From Candidatus Limosilactobacillus faecipullorum (GTDB taxonomy: Bacteria > Bacillota > Bacilli > Lactobacillales > Lactobacillaceae): a DNA stretch of 64,000 nt. The notes beneath the pieces were generated by a model. The model was not told where the DNA came from, did no database searches, and saw nothing but the letters and a program-made list of their open reading frames with translations. Within the stretch, counting starts at the first letter, position 1. Every line of letters begins with the position of its first letter. The position numbers were made by a program, and so were the translations under genes. Below are positions 38,935 through 49,375 of the stretch, in pieces. The stretch lies in assembly GCA_019118465.1 (NCBI GenBank), contig DWYX01000018.1, forward strand, positions 6,525 through 70,524, read 5' to 3'.

Positions 38935-39531
38935 TTAAAGCCAATTAAACAGCCAATTGTCAACCTGTAGGTAGGTATTCTCGATGGAAGCTTCATTATC
39001 AATTACAACTGTTGCCAGCTCCTTTTTCCTCTCGAGTGGCCATTGGGCATTAATCCGAGCTTCGGCTGTTGCTTCATCATAATGATTACGATCTATTAGT
39101 CGTTTCAATTGTGTGGCTGGCTTTACTGCAACAACCATCACGGCTTCACACAATTTTTCGTATCCACCTTCAAACAAGAGCGGAATATCCAAAACTACTA
39201 ACTTCACCTGGTTAGCACGGGCTTTTTTCAAATCCATGCAAATTTCCTGATGGATAATCGACCCCAAAGTTTGGTTTAACTTTGCTTCAGCCTTAACATC
39301 ACCAAAAACCATTTTCCCCAGCTTAGCCCGTTGTAAAGTTCCATCAGAAGCTAAAATCTGAGGACCAAAGACCTTAACCAAGCGTTTCAAACCAAGTTGA
39401 TGAGGTTCTACGACCCGTCGGGCAATCAAGTCACCATCAATAATTACTGCCCCTTTTTGCGCAAGGTATTTTGAAACCGTCGATTTTCCGGTCGCAATCC
39501 CGCCGGTTAAACCCAAAACCTTAGTCATCAA
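38935..39531 (-). CDS. coaE: dephospho-CoA kinase
   Basis: GLTGGIATGKST and DIPLLFE motifs. Confidence 0.96.
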   Translation of the reverse strand: MMTKVLGLTGGIATGKSTVSKYLAQKGAVIIDGDLIARRVVEPHQLGLKRLVKVFGPQILASDGTLQRAKLGKMVFGDVKAEAKLNQTLGSIIHQEICMDLKKARANQVKLVVLDIPLLFEGGYEKLCEAVMVVAVKPATQLKRLIDRNHYDEATAEARINAQWPLERKKELATVVIDNEASIENTYLQVDNWLFNWL

Positions 39532-40360
39532 CTTTTACCAATGGTTGACAGTGCGGGCAAAAAGTCGTCCCTCGCTGGGCAACTTTGATCTTAACAAGCT
39601 TTGTTCCGCACCGATGACACCTATCACCGCCCCGACCGTAAACATCCAATTCATTTTGGAACTTACCAGCATCTCCAAAAGCGTTCTTAAAAGAGTGAAC
39701 GGTGGTCCCATGGTGTTCAGTTGCCCGAGCTAATTCATGAATAATATTCTCCCGTAGTTTTGCAATTTTTTCTTCCGGAACTTGATTTGTCGGCTCTTCG
39801 GGGTTAATTTGGGTTTCCCAGAGGACTTCATCGGCATAAATATTTCCGAGACCAGCGATGTGCGCCTGGTTGAGTAAGAAAGGTTTAATCTTACTGCGCG
39901 ACTTCTTCATGATTTTTACCAAGTAATCAAGTTTAAGATCTTCTTCCGTTGGCTCGGGACCAATTTTCGCTAAGCCGCCATATTGCATTTCCGTTCCCGT
40001 TTTAACCAAATGCATCCGGCCAAACTTCCGCGTATCCCGGTAACCTAGATCAGTCTCGTCCGTAAAATGAAACAAGACATGGACGTGCTTATCAATTGCA
40101 GTTCCCGTTTTTTGATTAAAGTAGCTTCCTTCCATCCGCAAATGAGAGATCATTGTCAGATCATTTGAAAATCGGAAAAGCAAGTATTTCCCTCGCCGGT
40201 CGATCCGCTCAATTGTTTGCCCAATTAAAGCTTCCTTAAAATCTTCAACTGGATTTTCAATCATTTTAGGGTAATAAATATCAATTCCATTAATTTGCCG
40301 TCCCGCTGCAATCCGCATCAATCCCCGCCGGACAGTTTCAACTTCTGGTAATTCTGGCAC
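39521..40360 (-). CDS. mutM: formamidopyrimidine-DNA glycosylase
   Basis: PELPEVE, HLRMEG, GLGNIYADE motifs; C-terminal zinc finger. Confidence 0.97.
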   Translation of the reverse strand: MPELPEVETVRRGLMRIAAGRQINGIDIYYPKMIENPVEDFKEALIGQTIERIDRRGKYLLFRFSNDLTMISHLRMEGSYFNQKTGTAIDKHVHVLFHFTDETDLGYRDTRKFGRMHLVKTGTEMQYGGLAKIGPEPTEEDLKLDYLVKIMKKSRSKIKPFLLNQAHIAGLGNIYADEVLWETQINPEEPTNQVPEEKIAKLRENIIHELARATEHHGTTVHSFKNAFGDAGKFQNELDVYGRGGDRCHRCGTKLVKIKVAQRGTTFCPHCQPLVKVDD

Positions 40361-40505
40361 AATTTCCGCCTACCTTTTAATTAATTTAAATTCATTATAG
40401 TTAATATTAACCCTAGTTCTCAAGTATCTGGGCTGAAACTAAAAAAGGAATGAGAAAGTTGCCCATGTAACGGCTACAATTTCTCATCCCCTAAACTTTA
40501 TCTAC

Positions 40506-43175
40506 TTAATCCAACTTTTTAAGATCATACCAGGTATCGCCCACCTTTTTCTCAACCTTCAACGGTACGGCTAATTTCATTGCTGAATCCATCACCTTCG
40601 GGACTAATTCGGCTAAGGTTGGGATTTCTTCTTCTGGGGCTTCAAATACCAATTCGTCGTGAATTTGTAACAGCATCTTTGCTTTCAGACGGTGTTTCTT
40701 TAATTCTTCTGGCATCTTAATCATGGCAATCTTAATGATATCAGCAGCACTTCCCTGAATTGGCGTATTCATCGCCGTCCGTTCAGCGAAGGAACGTAAA
40801 TTGAAGCTCTTGGCATTAATATCTGGTAAGTAGCGCCGCCGGTGAGTAATCGTTTCGACATACCCCTGCTTACGTGCAACTTCAACGATCCCCTTGACAT
40901 ATTTAGCCACGCCAGGAAATTCTTCAAAGTAAGCTTCGATAAAATCATGGGCTTGCTTCCGGGAAACGTGGATGTTTTGGGCTAATCCAAAATCAGAGAT
41001 TCCATAGACAATTCCAAAGTTAACGGCCTTAGCTTGGCGCCGCATATTCGGATCAACCTCTTCACCAGGTAGTAAGTGGAAAATCCGCCGGGCCGTAGCC
41101 GCGTGAATATCTTCCCCATCGATAAAGTCTTGTTGCAAGTTATGGTCATCCGTCACATGCGCAAGCACCCGTAATTCCACTTGTGAGTAATCGGCAGAGA
41201 AAATCTTCCACCCTGGCTGACTAGGAACAAAGGCTTTCCGAATCCGTTTCCCTTCTTCAAGTCGCACCGGAATATTCTGAAGGTTTGGATCAACCGAGGA
41301 AAGCCGCCCTGTTGCCGTTAATGTCTGTAAATACCGGGTATGAATTTTACTGTCAGGGTGAATAACCTTCAAAAGGCCGGTAATGTATGTTGACTGAAGC
41401 TTTGCGATCTGCCGGTACTCCAGGATTTTTTCAATAATCGGGTGCTTGCCAATCAACTTTTCTAAGACCGCCACCGAAGTTGAATAACCTGTCTTAGTCT
41501 TTTTGATTGGTCGGAGTTTCAATTCGTCAAATAAAATTACACCTAGTTGCTTAGTGGAATTAATATTAAACTCTTGACCGGCATCTTGGTAAATCTCGCT
41601 CTCGAGTTCACTTAGTCGTTCAATAAGTTTACTTCCCATTTCTTCAAGGGTCTTGGCATTAACCTTGATTCCTTGCATTTCCATTGATGCCAAGACACGG
41701 CTTAATGGGCGTTCAATTTTTTCATAAAGGGGCCATTGCTCATTGGCTTGTAGTTGGTCAATTAATGGTTGACGTAAGTTTTCAACCGCTTGGGTTTTGG
41801 CAACTAGGTGCCGTAAGAAGACTTGATCATCCTCTGGTAGTTGCCGTTTTACACCTTTCCCATATAATTCTTCATCAGTAACGATTTGCTGATAATCGTG
41901 AGTGTGAGCAAGTTTCCCAACGTCATTAGCATTCAAAGTTGGATTAAGGAGGTATGATGCCAACAACAAATCAAAACCAATCCCGTTCAGCTCAATCCCT
42001 CGCCGGTGGAGCATCACGATTTGGGCTTTGGCGTTAAAAAGATCTTTCTTAATTTGCTCATTTTCAAATAGGTCTTTGATTGGTTCCATTGTCAATAAAT
42101 TGGCATCTCGACTTGCATACCATTGATCGCCATTCCCAATCGCAAAACCTTTAATCGTTGCAAGATGGTAATTGGCCCCGGATTGTTCAATATGAATTGC
42201 AACCCGATCATCAAACTTGGCTAAAGCTGATAAATTTTCCTTGGTTAAAACTTGGAATTCAACCTCATCTTCCCCAGATTGAGCCGTTGCTTTTTCGGCG
42301 TCAATCCCCACCTTAGCTAAGAAAGACTTAAAATTCAGTTCTTGATATAAGGAAATTAAAGCTTCCATCTGCGGTCCTTGGTAAGTGACATCTGCTAACG
42401 AGATTGCAATTGGCGCATCCCGGCGGATCCGAGCCAAGTCTTGGCATTGGTAAGCAATTGATTTCTCGTTAATTAAATTTTCTTTTCGCTTACTCTTCTT
42501 CATCTCATCGACATGAGCATAAAGATTATCTAAGGAACCGTATTCTTGAATTAGGTTAATGGCTGTTTTTTCACCAATTTTCGTTACCCCCGGATAATTA
42601 TCCGAAGCATCACCCATTAAGGCTTTGACATCGATAAATTGGGTCGGCGTAACTCCTAACTTTTCTTGCATGTAAGCCGGGGTAAAGTGCTCTGTTTGGG
42701 TAACACCCTTTTTCGTTACTGCCACCGTTGTATGTTCAGTTGCTAATTGAGTTAAGTCCCGGTCCCCGGATACGATTAAGGTCTCATATCCGGCTTCATC
42801 CCCCTGTTTTGCCAAGGTCCCGATAATATCGTCAGCTTCGTAATCCTTTAACTCGTATGCATGCATCCCACAAGCTTCCACTAACTTTCGAACATATGGA
42901 AATTGTTCACTTAATTCACTCGGGGTCTTATCCCGGCCCCCTTTATAATCTTCAAACTTCTTCGTCCGAAAAGTTGTCCTACCCGCATCAAAGGCCACTA
43001 AAGCAGCATCTGGTTCAAAATTGGCCAAAATATGGTCAAGCATTAACTTAAAACCATAGACCGCTGCTGTATGCAATCCTTCCTGGTTCGTAAAGCGTTC
43101 CATTTGTGCATGCATCGCAAAAAAGGCCCGAAAAACAATACTATTTCCGTCGATTAAGAGTAATTTCTTTGGCAT
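40506..43175 (-). CDS. polA: DNA polymerase I
   Basis: EADDIIG, DYSQVELR, KAVNFGIVYG and QIHDE motifs. Confidence 0.98.
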   Translation of the reverse strand: MPKKLLLIDGNSIVFRAFFAMHAQMERFTNQEGLHTAAVYGFKLMLDHILANFEPDAALVAFDAGRTTFRTKKFEDYKGGRDKTPSELSEQFPYVRKLVEACGMHAYELKDYEADDIIGTLAKQGDEAGYETLIVSGDRDLTQLATEHTTVAVTKKGVTQTEHFTPAYMQEKLGVTPTQFIDVKALMGDASDNYPGVTKIGEKTAINLIQEYGSLDNLYAHVDEMKKSKRKENLINEKSIAYQCQDLARIRRDAPIAISLADVTYQGPQMEALISLYQELNFKSFLAKVGIDAEKATAQSGEDEVEFQVLTKENLSALAKFDDRVAIHIEQSGANYHLATIKGFAIGNGDQWYASRDANLLTMEPIKDLFENEQIKKDLFNAKAQIVMLHRRGIELNGIGFDLLLASYLLNPTLNANDVGKLAHTHDYQQIVTDEELYGKGVKRQLPEDDQVFLRHLVAKTQAVENLRQPLIDQLQANEQWPLYEKIERPLSRVLASMEMQGIKVNAKTLEEMGSKLIERLSELESEIYQDAGQEFNINSTKQLGVILFDELKLRPIKKTKTGYSTSVAVLEKLIGKHPIIEKILEYRQIAKLQSTYITGLLKVIHPDSKIHTRYLQTLTATGRLSSVDPNLQNIPVRLEEGKRIRKAFVPSQPGWKIFSADYSQVELRVLAHVTDDHNLQQDFIDGEDIHAATARRIFHLLPGEEVDPNMRRQAKAVNFGIVYGISDFGLAQNIHVSRKQAHDFIEAYFEEFPGVAKYVKGIVEVARKQGYVETITHRRRYLPDINAKSFNLRSFAERTAMNTPIQGSAADIIKIAMIKMPEELKKHRLKAKMLLQIHDELVFEAPEEEIPTLAELVPKVMDSAMKLAVPLKVEKKVGDTWYDLKKLD

Positions 43176-43245
43176 ATTAATAATCCTTTCCCGTCTTACT
43201 ACTGCTAATTATTTTAACAGACCTAATTTTCAAAATAAAATTTTC

Positions 43246-43426
43246 AAAAAGGTTGGGAGAAAACTTTCTCGACAACCTAGTCGGAATAACGAGATCGAAG
43301 GTTAATTCATTAAATCGTCCTTTCGTTAGAACTTATCCTCTAAAGCTGTAGTTTTTGACTTATGTTTCTGTGTAATGTATCGGAGATACAAAAAAGACTG
43401 GGAAATTTAACTTTCTTCCCAGCCTC
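43246..43426 (-). repeat. MITE/terminator-like dispersed repeat, full-length copy 2
   Basis: Reverse complement aligns by eye along the length of 1224-1408. Confidence 0.75.
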
Positions 43427-43446
43427 ATGATTGTTTTAAACTTAAA

Positions 43447-44166
43447 TTAATCTCGGTTCGACATTCCAAAAATTTGAAGTAATTGGATAAAGAGGTTAAT
43501 GAAATCAAGATAAAGTTGTAAAGCACCAACCACTGCTAAACCGCTAACTGAGGTTTGATTACCATATTGCAAGTACAAGTTCTTCATCTTCTGGGCATCC
43601 CAAGCCGTAAGAACAACAAAGATAATTACGGCAATGAAAGAGAAAATGTACGTAATTGCTGGACTTTGTAAGAACATATTAATAATCCAAGCAATCATCA
43701 AAGCAATTAAGGCAGCACTTGCTTGGCTCCCAGCCCGAGAGAGGTCACGCTTAGTAACCGTCCCGTAAATTACTAAGTAAACGAAGATTGCGGCACTAGA
43801 CAGAAAGGCGGCCGCAATGTTAGCTCCCGTGTATGCCCCCGCAATCAAAGCAAATACAAAGCCATAGATCACCGCCGTTACCATTAACATGATAAAGCTA
43901 CCAACCGGATTCCGTTGGGCGCTAGCGCTAATCCCAAAGGTTAAGGCAATTGGGAGTAATAGAATTAACCAAACCATCCCTGTATGAGCGGCAAAAAAGT
44001 TAAAGACAACCACTTTAAAGGTTGTCATTGATAAATAAGCCGTTAAGGCCGATACCAACACCGCAAGGGCCATATTCCCGTACATCCGCGTTAAGAAGCG
44101 GTTCAGCCCGACAACATCAGTGTTGACTTCACGCCGTTGCGGTTCTTGCGAGAAAAGATTATTCAA
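43447..44166 (-). CDS. Bax inhibitor-1/YccA family membrane protein
   Basis: AWDAQK and ALQLYLDFINLF motifs; TTG start after GGAGG. Confidence 0.92.
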   Translation of the reverse strand: MNNLFSQEPQRREVNTDVVGLNRFLTRMYGNMALAVLVSALTAYLSMTTFKVVVFNFFAAHTGMVWLILLLPIALTFGISASAQRNPVGSFIMLMVTAVIYGFVFALIAGAYTGANIAAAFLSSAAIFVYLVIYGTVTKRDLSRAGSQASAALIALMIAWIINMFLQSPAITYIFSFIAVIIFVVLTAWDAQKMKNLYLQYGNQTSVSGLAVVGALQLYLDFINLFIQLLQIFGMSNRD

Positions 44167-44291
44167 TTTTGTTCCTCCAATCAAATTTGACTAACTTTGA
44201 CGTTTGTTATAGAAAATCTTAGCAAATCCTTGATTCAAGTGCAAGAAACTTAAACAATCCTTATGAATAATCTTAATCTGCAAAAGTTCAA

Positions 44292-45599
44292 CTACTTTTC
44301 AAGCAAAGCCTCGAATTGATCTTCGTACTTTTCGATATCGCCAGCGCCCATGAAAACGAAGACCGCATGATCATGATTCAAGAGCTTCGTCATTGAATCA
44401 AGGTCAATTTCTTCACTGTTTGGTACTAGCTTTTCAAGATCCGCACTTGAAATATTACCGACGTTTTCCCGAATCGAACCAAAGATTGGGGTAACGTAAA
44501 GCTTATCAGCAAGTGCCAAACTCTTTCCAAAGTCAGTTAGGTAAGCTTGTAGTCGTGAATACGTGTGGGGTTGGAAAATCGCAACCACTTCCCGATTAGG
44601 ATACTTTTGCCGAGCGGCATCCAAAGTTGCCTTAATCTCAGATGGGTGGTGAGCGTAATCATCAATAATAATTTTCCCATTTACATCACTTTCACTGAAA
44701 CGTCGCTTAACACCCGTAAAAGTAGCTAATTCACGTTGGATTTCTTGCAAATCAACCTTTTCCAAGTAAGCAACAGCAATGACAGCTAAGGCATTGAGAA
44801 CACTGTGTTCCCCGTACAAATGAATGGTAAAGTCACCTAACTTTTGCCCCTTGAAGTAAGCAGTGAAATTAGAACCTTCTGGCGTCCGTACGATATCCTT
44901 AGCTTGGAAGTCATCTTGGTCACTCGTTCCATAGTAGTAAACCGGCACATCAACCTTAAGTTTCCGCAGGCTAGGATCATCACCCCAAGCAAAAATTGCC
45001 TTCTTAACTTGCTTCCCATAGGTTTCAAAGGAATCCTTAACATCGGCTAAATCCTTGAAAAAGTCAGGGTGATCAAAGTCAACGTTGGTCATGATGGCAT
45101 AGTCTGGATGGTAGGCTAAGAAGTGATCCCGATATTCATCGGCTTCAAAGACAAAGAAGCGAGCATCAGCTTGACCATTCCCTTCCCCATCCCCAATCAA
45201 GAAGTTAGTAGTATCGACTCCCGAAAGAACATGGGAAAGCAAGGCCGTCGTACTGGTCTTTCCGTGCGCCCCGGCGATCCCAATACTGGTATAAGAAGCC
45301 ACTAATTCTTCCACCGTTTCGGGATATGATTGCACAGGCAAACCAAGTTCCTTAGCCCGGACTACTTCTTCTTGATCATCAGAGAAGGCATTTCCCTTAA
45401 CAATCGTCATCCCCGGCTTGATATTTGCAGGATCAAAGGAATGAATTTGGATTCCCTTTTCTAATAATGGTCCTTGAGTAAAGGTTTCTTTTTCAATATC
45501 TGATCCTTCAACTTTGTTTCCAAGATCAAAGAGTACTTCGGCTAAAGCAGCCATCCCAGTCCCCTTGATACCCACAAAATAATAATGTTTCTTTTCCAT
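44292..45599 (-). CDS. murC: UDP-N-acetylmuramate-L-alanine ligase
   Basis: [27 protein letters not shown] and FQPH motifs. Confidence 0.97.
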   Translation of the reverse strand: MEKKHYYFVGIKGTGMAALAEVLFDLGNKVEGSDIEKETFTQGPLLEKGIQIHSFDPANIKPGMTIVKGNAFSDDQEEVVRAKELGLPVQSYPETVEELVASYTSIGIAGAHGKTSTTALLSHVLSGVDTTNFLIGDGEGNGQADARFFVFEADEYRDHFLAYHPDYAIMTNVDFDHPDFFKDLADVKDSFETYGKQVKKAIFAWGDDPSLRKLKVDVPVYYYGTSDQDDFQAKDIVRTPEGSNFTAYFKGQKLGDFTIHLYGEHSVLNALAVIAVAYLEKVDLQEIQRELATFTGVKRRFSESDVNGKIIIDDYAHHPSEIKATLDAARQKYPNREVVAIFQPHTYSRLQAYLTDFGKSLALADKLYVTPIFGSIRENVGNISSADLEKLVPNSEEIDLDSMTKLLNHDHAVFVFMGAGDIEKYEDQFEALLEK

Positions 45600-45611
45600 G
45601 GTTGACCCCTC

Positions 45612-46253
45612 CTACTTAAAAAGTTGGTTTCCTTTAGTAAAATCAAATGCTTCACCAACTTCACCAAAATCAGCTGGCAAAATCAATGCCCCAGGCTTTT
45701 GCGGAGCATTTTTGATTTTTAATTCCCGACCAGAACAAATCATACCGTCACTTTCGACTCCTAGTAACGCCCCTGGCCAGATAATTGAACCACTCGGCAT
45801 CATTGTCCCAACATTGGCAACCACAACCTTAATGCCTTCCACCATGTTTGGTGAACCACTGACAATTTGTTGCTTACGGTCCCCAAGGTCAACCGTCGTA
45901 ATGTGCAAATGGTCTGACTTAGGGTGGTCAACCATCTTTTCAACAAAGCCAATTTGGAAGTTAGGGTATGGGTTTGCACTCAACTCATCGCTAAAGCCGG
46001 CTTTCTTAAGCGCATCATTTAGCTTAGTGATTTGATCGTCAGTCAAATCGACATTGCCGTTTACCCCTTCTTTTAATTCCGGTAAAATTTCACTGGCCGC
46101 TAGGAAGTTATAACCAAGGAGGCTTTCATCCTTAACATCCTTAATTTGTACGATTTGGCCTTTTTGTGAAACAACTTGGTCACCAGCACCGTTGGCGGTC
46201 ATGACCACTAAAACATCGCCCAATTCCGTTGGGTTGTATCCTGCAACTAACAT
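45612..46253 (-). CDS. ytpR: YtpR tRNA-binding domain protein
   Basis: HPKSDHL, QIVSG.PN and SDGMICS motifs. Confidence 0.88.
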   Translation of the reverse strand: MLVAGYNPTELGDVLVVMTANGAGDQVVSQKGQIVQIKDVKDESLLGYNFLAASEILPELKEGVNGNVDLTDDQITKLNDALKKAGFSDELSANPYPNFQIGFVEKMVDHPKSDHLHITTVDLGDRKQQIVSGSPNMVEGIKVVVANVGTMMPSGSIIWPGALLGVESDGMICSGRELKIKNAPQKPGALILPADFGEVGEAFDFTKGNQLFK

Positions 46254-46322
46254 GGAATTTTTCCCTCACATTCTTTTTAAATAAACTAAGTTTAAGTGTA
46301 CCACACGAAACCATTTCAGAAT

Positions 46323-46364
46323 AAAAAAGGTGAAGAGAAAAACTAATTTCTCCCCACCTTTTTT
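46323..46364 (-). terminator. terminator (REP-like family hairpin)
   Basis: AAAAAAGGTG...CACCTTTTTT. Confidence 0.7.
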
Positions 46365-46379
46365 ACTAAATCATTAAGT

Positions 46380-46703
46380 TTAAGCTACTAAACCATTCAA
46401 GAAAGTTTCAACTTGTTCTTTCGTCTTCCGGTCCTTGTTCACAAACCGACCAATTTCTTTGCCGTCTTCATAAACCACAAAACTAGGAATTCCCATAATT
46501 CCAAGATCAGCCGCAAGGTCAATATTTTCATCCCGGTCAACCTTGATAAACGTATAGTCGACAAAGTCAGCTTCAATCGATGGCATTGCTGGCTTAATGA
46601 AGTTACAGTCAGGGCACCAATCTGCCGTGAAGAAAAGTACGTACTTTCCCTTGGTAATCCTTTGGTTGAGTTCTGCTTGGGTCATTTTCGGTAAGCTTTC
46701 CAT
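46380..46703 (-). CDS. thioredoxin-like protein (YtpP type)
   Basis: WCPDC and GIPSF motifs. Confidence 0.92.
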   Translation of the reverse strand: MESLPKMTQAELNQRITKGKYVLFFTADWCPDCNFIKPAMPSIEADFVDYTFIKVDRDENIDLAADLGIMGIPSFVVYEDGKEIGRFVNKDRKTKEQVETFLNGLVA

Positions 46704-46858
46704 AATTTTTACCTCCTAATTTTCTTACTAATTGTAAGTAATTATACACGAATTTTAGTAAAAGTAAATGTGTTTGCCTAGCCCTGAGTGATTATTTGGG
46801 ACTAGATTAATCTTATGATACAATAATGATACTTTAAAAGAGAGAAGTGAGGCAAGTA

Positions 46859-47194
46859 ATGGAAAGTTCCAATTCACCAGTTAATCCCTGGTTAATTCCA
46901 GTTACCTTAGGACTATCCGGTTTTGCCGGCTTCGTCGCTGGTAAAATCTTTGGGGATCGGAAATTAAACCCCAACTCAATCTTAAAAACAATTATTAGTG
47001 ACTTCAAAAAAGAAGGTCCCATTAGCGGAAGTTGGATCAATCACCAAGCCAGGCCATTTCAACGGTTTGCGATTCGCACCCTCGCTTATGAGGGTGGAAT
47101 TACCCGACAAGAAGATGACCAACTTACTACCTACCAGTTCTGGGCTGATGCTTACACTGGTTCGATTTTAGAAATGAAACGGGTCGCTGATTAA
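46859..47194 (+). CDS. PepSY-like small membrane-anchored protein (YtzB-like)
   Basis: Gly-rich TM segment; GPISGSWI, YEGGI and F.ADAYTG motifs. Confidence 0.8.
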   Translation: MESSNSPVNPWLIPVTLGLSGFAGFVAGKIFGDRKLNPNSILKTIISDFKKEGPISGSWINHQARPFQRFAIRTLAYEGGITRQEDDQLTTYQFWADAYTGSILEMKRVAD

Positions 47195-47200
47195 ATAAAA

Positions 47201-47516
47201 TGAGGCTGGAAAAGACAATTTAAGCCACCAATCCAAAAGGTTGGAACGTAGTTAACGCAACTTAACCTCGATTGGTGGCTTTTTGTTGTATAATCAAACT
47301 CATTTTCACGGGCATGTCGGAGCAGTAACCGGATGGACATTGCCTTCCCTGTAGTCAGCACCAATCTATTCGGTCTTGCATAGGCTCACAAACGCCAAAC
47401 AAGTTGGCTGGTTTGCTCCAACGTTCCTCGGCTTAAGATCGCCGCACCACTTTCCATCCCCTACTTCTCTGAATATCATACAAAAACTTAGGTCACCGAG
47501 AGGTTTTCTTCCTACC
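47201..47516 (+). repeat. composite repeat: deleted MITE-like copy with a ~235-bp structured insert in its hairpin loop
   Basis: Left arm GAGGCTGGAAAAG (47202), right arm CTTTCCATCCCC (47450-47461), then CTTCTCTGAATATCATACAAAAACTTAGGTCA and GAGAGGTTTTCTTCC; internal inverted repeats. Confidence 0.6.
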
Positions 47517-48166
47517 TAATTTCGATCCGGAATATGGGCAGTTACCTTATAAATTGGTTGCCCTAATTCACTAAATTTTTGCTCATATTCAGTTTCCACA
47601 TTCCCTTCATTTTCATCGGAATGGTGGAGATCTAACCAGACCCCATCAAAAACTAGGCCATAGTTATTGAAGCTGGTTAAGGAATATTCAAAAAAGCCTT
47701 GGTTATCAGTCTTAAGTTCAATCTTACCATTTGGCTTCAAAACTCGTTCGTAGTTCGCTAAGAAACTCTTGTAAGTAAGACGCCGCTTTTCGTGTCGCGT
47801 CTTTGGCCATGGATCAGAGAAATTAAGATAGATTCGATCAATCGAGTGGTCTTCAAAGAAAGTTTCTAATCCAGCCCCATTAGCCCGGATTAGTTGAAGG
47901 TTTGGTAATTCTTCAGGTAAGGCCTTCTTCAAAGCAATGGCCGCGACCGTGCTTTCAATTTCAAGGCCAATAAAATTAATCTCTGGGTGAGCTTTAGCCA
48001 TTCCAATAATGAATTGGCCCTTTCCCATTCCCACTTCAAGTTGAATTAGTTGTGGTTTTTCAAACCGCTCTTGCCAGTGACCCTTAACAGTTTCACCGTC
48101 CAAAACCATTTTTTCAGGATGAACTTCCATTAAAGGTTCCGCCCATTTTTTGTGTTTCACACGCAT
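47516..48166 (-). CDS. trmB: tRNA (guanine-N7)-methyltransferase
   Basis: EVGMGKG, NFSDPWPK.RHEKRRL, KTDN and TEYE motifs. Confidence 0.96.
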   Translation of the reverse strand: MRVKHKKWAEPLMEVHPEKMVLDGETVKGHWQERFEKPQLIQLEVGMGKGQFIIGMAKAHPEINFIGLEIESTVAAIALKKALPEELPNLQLIRANGAGLETFFEDHSIDRIYLNFSDPWPKTRHEKRRLTYKSFLANYERVLKPNGKIELKTDNQGFFEYSLTSFNNYGLVFDGVWLDLHHSDENEGNVETEYEQKFSELGQPIYKVTAHIPDRN

Positions 48167-48181
48167 AAACTCATTCCTCAC

Positions 48182-49375
48182 TTATTTTATTCGTATCTTC
48201 AAATAATAACGGTTTAACAGCCAAACTTCAACTATTGCTAAAACTAGATTTAAGCCTTGGTGACTAAGTGAAAAATGACCATATCCCTGTGAACTAGCCC
48301 CGATCACGATTAAAATTGCAACAATAATCATCACCCGTGTCAAAAGTTTTTCAAAGGCTTTTCGCTGTTCACTTTGGTTAACCGGAAAGAGATGAGTAAA
48401 GGCAATTTGATCATATTGATGATAAAACGGCATCAATTGGGTCGCTACCAAGTAAATAAACAGTACCATTAAAGCGGTATTTAACCATGGCACCGTAGTA
48501 AAGTAGGTCACAACCATTGCTACTAAGGTCAACCGCATCACTAAGTTACCAACATCCACATTTCGCACAAGTCCATGACCATATAAATAACTCCACGGTC
48601 CTTCATCTTTGGCTAGCCAGTTCATTAAACCACTTAACCACCGCCGCCGTTTAACTTTTCCTTGAATGCTTGGCACATCCGTGAATAAGTTAAAAAAACG
48701 GTAAACGCTATCCATGCGTTGCATTTCAACCGCTGTTGCTAAACGCCAATTAATGGCCGGTTGTTGGCAAACCCGCCAATCGGTTGCTCCTAAGAGGATA
48801 ACGGCAACAATTAAGCCCATCAATGGGAAACAAAGGGTAAGCGCCCAAATCACTAGGGGCTCAGTCCATTGCATGATCTTCGCCACTTGGGGTAACAAAC
48901 CAAAGCTAATTACTTGGCGGGACCGCAATAACCACAAAGCCTTCGTCAGTAATGTAACCAGGATGAAACAAAGCAAACTACTTTGGCGATAAGGAACAAC
49001 CCGCCAATAAAGCGGGAGACAAATTGCCAAGCCAACAAGGCTAATCACCCCTGCCCGCCAGTAGCTATACCACCAAGCTTGGTTAAAGTAGGCTGTAAAT
49101 TGACTAGTTTGTGGTAACAAAACAATTGGATCCGCTTTTTCAACTAAGGTGGCGTACCGGCCAACTTGACTAACGAGAACTAACCAGATTACGATCACCG
49201 GTCGAACCCAAACTGCACCAACTGGGACTTTAGGTAACCACTGAGCGTAACTGTATGCCAATGCTCCAAATAAAAAGAAGAGGGCAATGACAAAATGATC
49301 GTTAAAAACCAAGCGCCAATACTTTAGCAAGCGATTAAAATGGCGTTGCTTCCGGATTTTAAACAAGGCACTCAT
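48182..49375 (-). CDS. ecsB: ABC transporter permease EcsB
   Basis: VFNDHF and FNLFTDVP motifs; follows ecsA. Confidence 0.9.
   Translation of the reverse strand: MSALFKIRKQRHFNRLLKYWRLVFNDHFVIALFFLFGALAYSYAQWLPKVPVGAVWVRPVIVIWLVLVSQVGRYATLVEKADPIVLLPQTSQFTAYFNQAWWYSYWRAGVISLVGLAICLPLYWRVVPYRQSSLLCFILVTLLTKALWLLRSRQVISFGLLPQVAKIMQWTEPLVIWALTLCFPLMGLIVAVILLGATDWRVCQQPAINWRLATAVEMQRMDSVYRFFNLFTDVPSIQGKVKRRRWLSGLMNWLAKDEGPWSYLYGHGLVRNVDVGNLVMRLTLVAMVVTYFTTVPWLNTALMVLFIYLVATQLMPFYHQYDQIAFTHLFPVNQSEQRKAFEKLLTRVMIIVAILIVIGASSQGYGHFSLSHQGLNLVLAIVEVWLLNRYYLKIRIK

Noticed and set aside
40700-40725. Proline in a PolA helix (KMPEEL) and FRR instead of FRG in the CPBP protein (near 63065)
   Set aside because: Single substitutions that cannot be judged without alignments; catalytic residues are intact
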